From NCBI GenBank assembly GCA_030688545.1, contig JAUYHT010000002.1, positions 150,001 to 182,000 on the forward strand: a stretch of 32,000 nucleotides of DNA, given 5' to 3'. The notes under the pieces were generated by a model, which saw nothing but the letters and a program-made list of their open reading frames with translations, was not told where the DNA came from and searched no databases. The stretch is from Candidatus Iainarchaeum sp. (lineage in GTDB: Archaea; Iainarchaeota; Iainarchaeia; Iainarchaeales; VGJJ01). The first letter of the stretch is position 1, and each line of letters begins with the position of its first letter. A program made the position numbers and the translations under genes. Below are positions 22,941 to 30,539 of the stretch, in pieces.

Positions 22941-23676
22941 GAAAAAGCATTTCCTCCCCGTGGAGATCATTCCCGGATTCCATGCTTTAGATTTAGGGTT
23001 GTATATTCCTTCCGAGGATTGCCTAATCATTTCGGATTTACAATTAGGTCTCGAAGAACAATACAACCAACAAGGAATATTCATCCCCCGCTTCAATTAC
23101 AAGGAAGTGAAACAGCACTTGTTGGGCATATTCGAGAAGAAGGAAAACTTCTCCAGAATCATCCTGAATGGGGACATCAAGCACGGATTCGGAAAGGCAT
23201 CCAACCAGGAGTGGCGGGAAGTCATCGACCTACTTGAAACCATTTCCCCCCACGCGGGAAAAATAACTCTTATCAAGGGCAACCATGACATCGCCCTTGA
23301 CCCTATTGCCCGATTTGCCAAGCTCCACATCCTGAAAGAAGGATTGTTTCTCCCGCATGCCAACGCTTATGTGTGCCACGGCCACGAAATCCCTAAAGAA
23401 GCGGCCTTTCAGAAAGCCCAAACCATCATCATCGGACATGATCACCCTGCCATCCAATTGCAGGATGGGGCCACCCGGCAAAAATACAAATGCTTTCTCT
23501 CCGGAACCTGGGAAGGGAAACAGTTGATCGTCCTCCCGGGATTCAACTTCGCCCACATGGGGAGCGACCCCCGAGAAGGCGCCCTATCCCCCTTCCTACA
23601 ACAGCGATTGGACCACTTCCGTGCGTGGCTGGTGGAAGACCACGTGTACGAATTCGGGATGCTGGGGGATATTTGA
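22921..23676 (+). CDS. Lhr-associated metallophosphoesterase (MPE, calcineurin-like)
   Basis: ISDLQLG, NGDIKHGFG, KGNHD, CHGH and IGHDH metallophosphoesterase motifs. ATG 22921 overlaps the lhr 3' end by 20 nt. Confidence 0.85.
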   Translation: MSPKLPEKKHFLPVEIIPGFHALDLGLYIPSEDCLIISDLQLGLEEQYNQQGIFIPRFNYKEVKQHLLGIFEKKENFSRIILNGDIKHGFGKASNQEWREVIDLLETISPHAGKITLIKGNHDIALDPIARFAKLHILKEGLFLPHANAYVCHGHEIPKEAAFQKAQTIIIGHDHPAIQLQDGATRQKYKCFLSGTWEGKQLIVLPGFNFAHMGSDPREGALSPFLQQRLDHFRAWLVEDHVYEFGMLGDI

Positions 23677-23783
23677 GCCAATTGGCCCTATTTTTTCCGC
23701 GAGCCTCCCACCTATTTTGAAAATTTATTATTCTATTTTGGTTTCATTTCCATAATAAAATTCCTATCTAACACTGAAAAAAA

Positions 23784-24146
23784 TCAACGTCCTGGTCTCT
23801 TACGGGAACCGGGACCCTGATGGGGCTTAGGACCCTGAAGGGGCTTGCGACCTTGGGAGGGCTTGGGTGGCTTTCTATTAATGGAATAATAACGCATGAG
23901 TCTTGAGTCGCTTATAACTCTCTTTCTTCGTAAAATCGCTAAATCTCGGGACGTTAAATTCATTTCTATTTCTCTAATAGTAGGAACTTTTCTATCCACT
24001 GTATATTTATCGACAATCTTATACGCATCAAAAATCAGAATCCTTAAACCTGTTGTAAGTTTCAAAGCCAATTTTAATTTTCTCCCCTCTAATGTACCAG
24101 AAAACCACTCTTCACTGAACATTTTATCAGGCCCTTTATCCGCCAT
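23784..24146 (-). CDS. hypothetical protein with a Lys/Pro-rich repeat tail, in an AT-rich islet
   Basis: 120-aa ORF with a charged globular N-terminus and the tail KPPKPSQGRKPLQGPKPHQGPGSRKRPGR, encoded by 18-bp tandem repeats. The sequence is visibly more AT-rich than its neighbours. Confidence 0.5.
   Translation of the reverse strand: MADKGPDKMFSEEWFSGTLEGRKLKLALKLTTGLRILIFDAYKIVDKYTVDRKVPTIREIEMNLTSRDLAILRRKRVISDSRLMRYYSINRKPPKPSQGRKPLQGPKPHQGPGSRKRPGR
23811..23874. repeat. 18-bp tandem repeat, about 3.5 units
   Basis: gggaccctgatggggctt / aggaccctgaaggggctt / gcgaccttgggagggctt / gggtggcttt. Confidence 0.75.
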
Positions 24147-24210
24147 GCACCATCACCTGGTTCCTTCACCAGGTAGACCTATAATAAGCTTTCGGATGGG
24201 TGGAAAAGGA

Positions 24211-24396
24211 TCAAGAATCCACGAGCATGTTAGGAATCCCATTATGGATAGGGTATACGGTGGCGCAGGTTTGGCACGTGAGGGTGTGCTTGGTTTCATC
24301 GTAATCCAATTTGGAATGATCCTTGGGACAGACAAGAACTTCGCGGAGAAGGGGGGATAGGGATTTGTTTTCGGGGCTGGGAGGAAGGGGTTCCAT
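24211..24396 (-). CDS. trm112: Trm112-family zinc-ribbon protein (methyltransferase activator)
   Basis: LLREVLVCPKDHSKLDYDETKHTLTCQTCATVYPIHNGIPNMLVD matches the Trm112/DUF343 pattern. Confidence 0.8.
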   Translation of the reverse strand: MEPLPPSPENKSLSPLLREVLVCPKDHSKLDYDETKHTLTCQTCATVYPIHNGIPNMLVDS

Positions 24397-24416
24397 GCAC
24401 CCATTGCCCCATTAGG

Positions 24417-24427
24417 GGTTTTTAATG
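24417..24427. promoter_or_regulatory. single shared A/T box between divergent trm112 and traB-like genes
   Basis: GTTTTTAATGG is centred near 24422. That is 26 nt from ATG 24396 on the minus strand and 27 nt from ATG 24449 on the plus strand. Confidence 0.4.
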
Positions 24428-24448
24428 GCGTTTGGACACGATTCCCGG

Positions 24449-25618
24449 ATGCCCCCTCACTACCTTCGCATAGGCGAAAAAGACATCATCCTCTTGGGGA
24501 CGGCGCACATCTCCCGGGCGAGCGTGGACCAGGTGCAGCAGCTCATCCTGGATGAAACTCCGGATGTCGTGGGGGTGGAATTGGATGATCTCCGGTTGCG
24601 CCAATTGGTTTCCGGACAGAAATGGGAGAATACCAATATTCTTCACCTGGTGCAACGGGGGGAATCCGGGTTAGTACTTCTCAATTTGTTCCTCGCCAAC
24701 CTCCAGAAACAATTAGGGGAACAGGTGGGGGTGAAGCCCGGGGAAGAGATGCTCGTGGCGGTGCGGATTGCGCAAGAGAAGAAAATTCCCATTTTGCTCA
24801 TGGATAGAAGCGTGCAGATCACCATGAAACGCGCCCTCAAAGTATTGTCCCTCTGGGAAAAGATGAAACTGGGCGGCAGTCTGGCCATGGGGTTGTTCAT
24901 GGGCGGGGAAGGATTGGATGCCCAGAAGATTGAGGAACTGAAAGAGGATGATCTGCTGAACAAACTCATGCACCAATTGAGTAAGGAATATCCCAAACTG
25001 AAACGCACGCTCGTGGACGAAAGGGATATGCATATCGCCCATGCCCTCATCCATGCTCCCGGAAAGAAAATCGTTGGAATTGTAGGGGCCGGACACGTGG
25101 AAGGAATACTCCTCCACCTTCGGGCGCATCAAGAGAAGAAAGAATGGCCCATTCCCATTGAGGAGTTGAACCGGGTTCCCGAGGACCGGCCCAACCTATT
25201 ACTCACGTGGGGCATCCCTATCCTTTTTTTGGGCATCCTCATGTATCTCCTCCTTCAGGAAGGATTCACATCATCCTTCCAATTCATCGCCTTCTGGGTC
25301 ATCGGCCATGGAATATTAGCTGGATTAGGGGCGCTCATCGCCGGGGGGCACTGGCAAACCGTTTTGGGAGTAGTGGCCACCGCGTGGTTGGCGGCCCTGC
25401 ATCCCTTAATCGCCGCGGGCTGGATTGCCGCCGCCCTGGAGACCAAACGCCACAGTCCCACCGTAAAGGACTTCACCCAACTGAATACCCTCAACTCGAT
25501 CGGGGATTTCCAGAAGAACCGGGTAACCAAAATCCTGCTAATCACCGTCCTCACCAACATCGGCAGCATGCTCGCCACGTTCGCGGTTATTCCGTATTTG
25601 ATCGGGGTCCTTGGGTAA
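24449..25618 (+). CDS. TraB/PrgY-family protein with a C-terminal membrane domain
   Basis: IILLGTAHISRASVDQVQQLILDETPDVVGVELD and VGAGHVEG are TraB family signatures, and the C-terminal half has about 4 TM helices. The track start is ATG 24425; 24449 fits the promoter spacing better. Confidence 0.85.
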   Translation: MPPHYLRIGEKDIILLGTAHISRASVDQVQQLILDETPDVVGVELDDLRLRQLVSGQKWENTNILHLVQRGESGLVLLNLFLANLQKQLGEQVGVKPGEEMLVAVRIAQEKKIPILLMDRSVQITMKRALKVLSLWEKMKLGGSLAMGLFMGGEGLDAQKIEELKEDDLLNKLMHQLSKEYPKLKRTLVDERDMHIAHALIHAPGKKIVGIVGAGHVEGILLHLRAHQEKKEWPIPIEELNRVPEDRPNLLLTWGIPILFLGILMYLLLQEGFTSSFQFIAFWVIGHGILAGLGALIAGGHWQTVLGVVATAWLAALHPLIAAGWIAAALETKRHSPTVKDFTQLNTLNSIGDFQKNRVTKILLITVLTNIGSMLATFAVIPYLIGVLG

Positions 25619-25630
25619 GGAAAAACAAAA

Positions 25631-25640
25631 GATATATATT
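25631..25640 (+). promoter_or_regulatory. TATA-like box for the small membrane-protein gene
   Basis: GATATATATT lies about 26 nt upstream of ATG 25662. Confidence 0.4.
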
Positions 25641-25661
25641 CTATTATTGGTTCCCGTCGGG

Positions 25662-25946
25662 ATGAAGGTATGGGATTTTGTCCGCCCCACTTTTTTGAAG
25701 GTAATTTTAGCGATTGTATTGTTTTTCGTTTTTTCCCTCCTGTGGGGGGAGATCAACGTCATGTTCGATGCTACAACATTCGGGTTTCCATTCACTGTCT
25801 CTGCCGCGAATGGTTTTTGTGGACCGATTGAATTCGATCCCACCTGCGGACAACCCGTTTACAATTTTAGTGGTATCATTTTGAATGCCGTTTTTTGGTA
25901 TCTGGTAAGTGCGGGGATCCTTTCATTATGGAATAAAGAGAAATAG
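25662..25946 (+). CDS. small hypothetical membrane protein (2 TM)
   Basis: MKVWDFVRPTFLKVILAIVLFFVFSLLWG ... ILNAVFWYLVSAGILSLW. Confidence 0.45.
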   Translation: MKVWDFVRPTFLKVILAIVLFFVFSLLWGEINVMFDATTFGFPFTVSAANGFCGPIEFDPTCGQPVYNFSGIILNAVFWYLVSAGILSLWNKEK

Positions 25947-26152
25947 GGTAAGTGCGCATTGGTGACGGGGTTCTGTTGCAATTACCTGAGTGGAGCTAAC
26001 CATGATCCCATCATTGATCAGGAGTGTTCGGGTAAAAGCGGTATTGCGAATGCTTCATATATTCAAAGGACGCCGATCGAAACCGGCCCCATTATATACT
26101 ATTTCATACCTATTAGATACGAATTCATATCATTTCCTGATGAGAGAATCCT

Positions 26153-26470
26153 ATGCAAACTACCTCCCAAAATCAGTATACTCCTTCCCCTACGCTGGAC
26201 ACCATCCGCATGGTGGAAGAGACGATCCGCCAAGCCCCCACCAGTGTCATCAAATTAGCCGATTTGAAACGGTTGCTCCCTCGCCAGGTTAATCATAATA
26301 CGCTTAAGGTGATTCTGGAATATCTCGAGGAAAGCGGAAAAATATACGTAGGGATAAAAGGCATTGCCTGGATCGAAAACAACAACCCGAGATTCAGGGA
26401 AATGCTGGAAAAGAGTTGGGTATATGAAGGTCCAGGTCATCTTGAGCCCTACCGCAAAAGAGACCTATGA
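26153..26470 (+). CDS. hypothetical protein, putative antitoxin partner (possible winged helix)
   Basis: 105-aa ORF directly upstream of a RelE/ParE-like gene, overlapping it by 47 nt. The segment LKVILEYLEESGKIYVGIKG is wHTH-like. The assignment rests on position only. Confidence 0.45.
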   Translation: MQTTSQNQYTPSPTLDTIRMVEETIRQAPTSVIKLADLKRLLPRQVNHNTLKVILEYLEESGKIYVGIKGIAWIENNNPRFREMLEKSWVYEGPGHLEPYRKRDL

Positions 26471-26774
26471 TTTTCTGGTGCGTAAAGCTCCCTTCGATAA
26501 AAAATCCAAAACCATCCTTCGGGGACTTGAAGCCAAACTCGAATTGATCCGAAATAATCCTAATTATGGAAGGCCAATCGCCAAAAAACGCATTCCTAAA
26601 CGCTACCTCGATGCCTATGGCATCACCAATTTATTCTGGATTCCTTTGCCAGTCTATTGGCGAATGCTTTATTCGACGGCGAGAGACCCTGATGTGATAA
26701 TCCTTATCGTCACGGTGATCGAAATCATTGATCATCCTACTTATGATAGGCATTTTGATTACGGGAAAAAATAA
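26424..26774 (+). CDS. RelE/ParE-superfamily toxin
   Basis: Size (116 aa) and the pattern NPNYGRPIAKKRIPKRYLDAYGITNLFWIPLPVYWRMLYS....VIILIVTVIEIIDHPTYDRHF fit RelE/ParE-type addiction toxins. Confidence 0.7.
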   Translation: MKVQVILSPTAKETYDFLVRKAPFDKKSKTILRGLEAKLELIRNNPNYGRPIAKKRIPKRYLDAYGITNLFWIPLPVYWRMLYSTARDPDVIILIVTVIEIIDHPTYDRHFDYGKK

Positions 26775-26791
26775 TCCCCGTTAAACACCCA

Positions 26792-27166
26792 TCACCTAAT
26801 TTCCGTTCCCGACTTTACCGGACGCTCACTCACGAGCAGGGAAAAATGCCCCTCATCATCTAACGCACCCAATAGCATCCCCTGGCTCAAAACCCCTCCC
26901 AATTTCTTGGGCTCGAGATTGGCGACGATGGCAATTATCTTCCCCCGCAAATCATCTTTAGTATACCATTTCTTGATTCCCGCCACCAGGGTACGCGTCT
27001 CTTCTCCCAGGAGAATGGTTAATTGATATAGGTTATCTTTTCCCGGAATATCATCTACTTCCACGATTTGGGCGGTGCGCAATTGCACGGTAGACTTGAA
27101 TTGATCCACAGACAAGGGAGGGAATTTTTGGGGTAAGTTATCGGGGGAATTAGTGGGGGGCATCAT
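26792..27166 (-). CDS. tRNA-binding domain protein (Trbp111/CsaA/EMAP-II-like OB fold)
   Basis: LRTAQIVEVDDIPGKDNLYQLTILLGEETRTLVAGIKKWYTKDDLRGKIIAIVANLEPKKLGGVLSQGMLL. The ATG at 27166 has a TTTAAAA box about 29 nt upstream (27191-27197); the track start at 27238 is TTG. Confidence 0.8.
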   Translation of the reverse strand: MMPPTNSPDNLPQKFPPLSVDQFKSTVQLRTAQIVEVDDIPGKDNLYQLTILLGEETRTLVAGIKKWYTKDDLRGKIIAIVANLEPKKLGGVLSQGMLLGALDDEGHFSLLVSERPVKSGTEIR

Positions 27167-27240
27167 GAAATAATGGAGGGTCAAATGGGATTTTAAATCT
27201 TCCAAAAGGATGGCGGGTTTTTTCCCTGATGAAACCAATT

Positions 27241-27271
27241 GGTGCCATGTCTGAACAAAAAAAATGGCACC
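27241..27271 (-). terminator. 8-bp hairpin with a T8 loop (minus strand) downstream of the CDP-alcohol phosphatidyltransferase gene
   Basis: GGTGCCAT (27241-27248) pairs with ATGGCACC (27264-27271). On the minus strand the loop contains TTTTTTTT. Confidence 0.3.
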
Positions 27272-27313
27272 ATGTCTTCAGGGAAAGATACATTGTTTTA
27301 TCCGGGCCATCGG

Positions 27314-27958
27314 TTACCTTTCCTTCCCGGATTTCAAATAAGGCAACACGTTCCCTTCTTTTTCGGCCGAGGCGATAAGCCGTTTGGCATAGGTCATACG
27401 TTGGAGTGTGCCAATGAATGAGATGATGGCAATAACCCAGAGAGTAATTTCAAGGATATCCATTCCCTGGAAGGACGGATAGAAAATCGTGAGGAGGGTA
27501 CCCAAAAACAACAGAACGAATTTATCAGCATGTTCACCAACCGCTGGCCAGTCGCGATTATCCGTAACGATAACCAATCCCACGCGGGGTTTGGCATAGC
27601 TGCTCCATAAACCGAAACCCAGTGCGGCGATGGCCGCGATAGGATATACAAAAGCCAAGCCAAGGAAGAGGATGATTTCAATGAGCTTATCCACCATGGT
27701 CTCGAAATAATTCCCCCAGAGACTCTGCTTTCCCTGCGCCCGCGCCACGGCACCATCGATTCCATCCCAGATGGTGGCAAGAATGAGGAGGATGAGGGCG
27801 AGAGAAAAGTTTTGGTTGGCGTAACCCCAAGCGGCAGCCAGGGCAAAAGGGATGCCTAACCAGGTAATCCAAAATGGATTAATTCGTAGGACGATGAAGG
27901 GCTGGGCGAGCGCCCTGAAAAAGGGTTTGGTTATTCCACGGAGGAGCGCACCCAGCAT
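27314..27958 (-). CDS. CDP-alcohol phosphatidyltransferase-family lipid synthase
   Basis: WDGIDGAVARAQGKQSLWGNYFETMVDKLIE fits the DG(x2)AR(x7-8)G(x3)D(x3)D signature, and the protein is multi-TM. Confidence 0.85.
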   Translation of the reverse strand: MLGALLRGITKPFFRALAQPFIVLRINPFWITWLGIPFALAAAWGYANQNFSLALILLILATIWDGIDGAVARAQGKQSLWGNYFETMVDKLIEIILFLGLAFVYPIAAIAALGFGLWSSYAKPRVGLVIVTDNRDWPAVGEHADKFVLLFLGTLLTIFYPSFQGMDILEITLWVIAIISFIGTLQRMTYAKRLIASAEKEGNVLPYLKSGKER

Positions 27959-28336
27959 ACGAAGGAATGGAAGGTGATGTATTTGAACGAGGGGGGTGTG
28001 AGGATGAAAAAATATATATTATGTAGTAATATGGCTATATCTTTCACCCTTTTTTGAAACCTATTTACAAAAAAAGTAAAGGGCCAATTGACGAAAAATT
28101 AATTCACTTCTAACCGTGAAAGCATTACTTTTTCTCTCCATTTGGTGAAATAAGGGTATTCCAGGCACCCTTTTTCATTCAAGAACCAGAAAGCCGGCCG
28201 TAAGGCATATAAAGGAGAAAGTATAGAAAGCGAAACCAGAGGGCACGGGAGGGTTCGGTTTTGCCCACCAGAACCTTAATGAATGCCCGAAACCAGAAAA
28301 GAGCGCCCGAAAAGGGCGGAATGGGGTGATAGAAAC

Positions 28337-28708
28337 ATGAGTCTCGTAAGCCTAACGTTCGGCGATGGCCGAAATAAAATGAGCGTGGCCTCGCCCATTC
28401 GGGTGATCCACCGCCCGGAGGACCGCATCCAGGTCAAGGAGGGAGCAGAACCCAGGCTCCACGTTCAGAAAGTATCGACCTTTTTGGGATTCGATGGGGT
28501 ATATATCATCGGCAAGGTTACCTCGGGTTGCATCTCCACGGATATGATTGGCATGGCCAATGGCCGCCCCTTTACCATTAGTGAGATTGAGAGCAAATAC
28601 CCCAATTGCCAGGTCGCTAAGGAAGGAATGACGGTCGGAATTTCCGCGCACGGGGTAAACAAGCACGACATCATGGAAGGGGCGGAACTTCAATTCGATT
28701 CGGCTTAA
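28337..28708 (+). CDS. small beta-barrel protein resembling EF-Tu domain 2
   Basis: YIIGKVTSGCISTDMIGMANGRPFTISEIESKYPNCQVAKEGMTVGISAHGVNKHDIMEGAEL resembles the translation-factor domain-II barrel. The start is uncertain: ATGs at 28283, 28337 and 28379. Confidence 0.5.
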   Translation: MSLVSLTFGDGRNKMSVASPIRVIHRPEDRIQVKEGAEPRLHVQKVSTFLGFDGVYIIGKVTSGCISTDMIGMANGRPFTISEIESKYPNCQVAKEGMTVGISAHGVNKHDIMEGAELQFDSA

Positions 28709-28765
28709 CCCCCTCTTCGTCGCCCGCCACCCTTAAATCATCCCATCTCCCAACCTTGACTTATC

Positions 28766-29341
28766 ATGCGTCGGGTCCATTCGACTATCCCCGCTTTCGT
28801 CCGGGAAACCCTTCCCGTCCTCTTTTTCGCCGCCACCATCGAGATCTTAGCTGGGATGTGGCTGCAGGCCAATATTACCCTCATTGCCTCCTTCCTGGGA
28901 GCATTCATTTTGTTGCCGGCGCTCAACAACATCCGGGGAAGCATCGCCGCGTCGACGGCCTCCCAATTAGCCAGCCACACGCACTTGGGGCTTATTGACT
29001 TGCGGCGGAAGAACATTGATTCCAATCCCGATGTGAAAACCATATTCGAGAGCCGACGCATCCTCACATTAGTCTTATGCATCGCCACAGGGGTGGGGGC
29101 CTTCCTCCTAATCCCGCAGGCCACTTTTCCCCATCTTCTCCAATTAGTGGGAATATCCGTGGTAACTGGATTAGTGACGGGGGAAATCCTCCACGTGCTG
29201 CTCATCCAATTGCTGCTTCTCTCCCATCGACGGGGGTGGGATCCTGACAACACCCTCATCCCTCCGATTATGGCTTTGGGGGATTTGTTCACCATCATTT
29301 TCATCATTTTCTTCCTCCAAATTTTAGGGGGCTTGGCTTGA
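28766..29341 (+). CDS. MgtE/SLC41-type divalent-cation transporter membrane domain, half 1
   Basis: LLPALNNIRGSIAASTASQLAS and GWDPDNTLIPPIMALGDL are the MgtE TM-domain PDN motif region. Confidence 0.8.
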   Translation: MRRVHSTIPAFVRETLPVLFFAATIEILAGMWLQANITLIASFLGAFILLPALNNIRGSIAASTASQLASHTHLGLIDLRRKNIDSNPDVKTIFESRRILTLVLCIATGVGAFLLIPQATFPHLLQLVGISVVTGLVTGEILHVLLIQLLLLSHRRGWDPDNTLIPPIMALGDLFTIIFIIFFLQILGGLA

Positions 29342-29369
29342 TGAATTCCATTCGCCGAGGGTTTCTCGC

Positions 29370-29927
29370 ATGAACCACGCGACGCTATCCATATTGCGGC
29401 AGAGCGGCACCGTCCTGTTAATCTTACTTTTCTTCTCCCTCATGGCCGGGGAGGCTATCGAATCCAGCGTCCTCCTTTTCCAGGCATTCCCGGTGCTCCT
29501 CATCATCCTCCCCGCGTTCATCAATGCGTGCGGAAGCATCTCCGACAATGTATCCAATCATGTGACTACTGCATTGGGATTGGGCGGATGGAAATCCTCC
29601 CGCGTGACCCGGGTTTGGTTCACGAGCGGGGTGGGGGGGTTGCTGACCACCTTCCTCCTTTTCGGCGTATTAGTGGGGGTGCTCCACACCCTCTCCCCTT
29701 TCGTGGGATGGAGATCCCCTTCTTTGCCGGCATTCATGCTCGTCGTCATCCTTCCGGGAATACTCACCGTCCTCATTGGAAGCCTCGCGGCCCTGGCCAT
29801 CGCCTATGCCGCCACCAAGTATGGGTGGGACCCCGATAATGTGGAAACCCCCATCCTGAACACCCTTTCCGATTGGGTCGGGGTCTACCTTTTTATTTGG
29901 ACAAGCGGGTTATTACTGCAAGGATAA
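29370..29927 (+). CDS. MgtE/SLC41-type divalent-cation transporter membrane domain, half 2
   Basis: ILPAFINACGSISDNVSNHV and GWDPDNVETPILNTLSDW. It is a paralogue of the preceding gene. Confidence 0.8.
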   Translation: MNHATLSILRQSGTVLLILLFFSLMAGEAIESSVLLFQAFPVLLIILPAFINACGSISDNVSNHVTTALGLGGWKSSRVTRVWFTSGVGGLLTTFLLFGVLVGVLHTLSPFVGWRSPSLPAFMLVVILPGILTVLIGSLAALAIAYAATKYGWDPDNVETPILNTLSDWVGVYLFIWTSGLLLQG

Positions 29928-29935
29928 AAAAAGGA

Positions 29936-30517
29936 ATGTTAATGCGTATGGTCGAGAACGAATTCAAATCGGTCCTGGATTACATCCATGAGATGTACAA
30001 CCGTTCCTCCGTCGCCATCAACCTGGCTTTTTCAGCGATCATCCTGAATGATAAGGAATTGGCGGAGGATGTCATTGCCATTGAACACCAGATGAATGAA
30101 TTGAAAGTGGAACTGGAAAAACGGGTTATTTCCTCCCGCGTCCCCGCGGAGGAAGTGGAAAGTATGGCCGGCGTCCTCGAAGTGGCCCACGCGACGGAAC
30201 AGATTACCAATAATGCCCGCACCATCGCGGCCTTTACGGCCTCGGATAGAAAACATCATCCCATTCTCACCAAAGCCCTTTCGCACCCCAACAAACAGGT
30301 GTATAAGGTGGCCATCAAGAAAGGAAGCACGGTGGACGGGAAACTGCTGGGGGAAGCGCACATCGAGGATTTGAGCGGGGTGAGCCTCGTAGCGGTCAAG
30401 CAGAAAAAACAATGGCTCCGCTCCCACCTGGTGGAAGGAACGTTGAGTGCGGGGGATTTACTCTTGGTCAGCGGCACGGAGGAGCAGTTCAAAAAGCTCG
30501 AAAAAATGGTGCACTGA
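29936..30517 (+). CDS. PhoU-like plus TrkA-C (RCK C-terminal) domain regulatory protein
   Basis: The N-terminal helical region (AINLAFSAIILNDKELAEDVIAIEHQMNELKVELE...VAHATEQITNNARTIA) is PhoU-like. The C-terminal part (YKVAIKKGSTVDGKLLGEAHIEDLSGVSLVAVKQKKQW...LSAGDLLLVSG) is TrkA-C-like. Confidence 0.65.
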   Translation: MLMRMVENEFKSVLDYIHEMYNRSSVAINLAFSAIILNDKELAEDVIAIEHQMNELKVELEKRVISSRVPAEEVESMAGVLEVAHATEQITNNARTIAAFTASDRKHHPILTKALSHPNKQVYKVAIKKGSTVDGKLLGEAHIEDLSGVSLVAVKQKKQWLRSHLVEGTLSAGDLLLVSGTEEQFKKLEKMVH

Positions 30518-30539
30518 CCGCACACAGGGGGAAAAGCAT

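Noticed and set aside
23896-24360. Track ORF 23896..24360 (+), 154 aa
   Set aside because: It overlaps the confidently identified Trm112 gene on the opposite strand as well as the 23784..24146 ORF. It has hydrophobic, low-information composition typical of the antisense frame of an AT-rich gene.
25947-26800. Toxin-antitoxin pair as part of a mobile element or integrated island
   Set aside because: I could see no flanking direct or inverted repeats, integrase, transposase or tRNA target. Only the toxin-antitoxin pair itself is supported.
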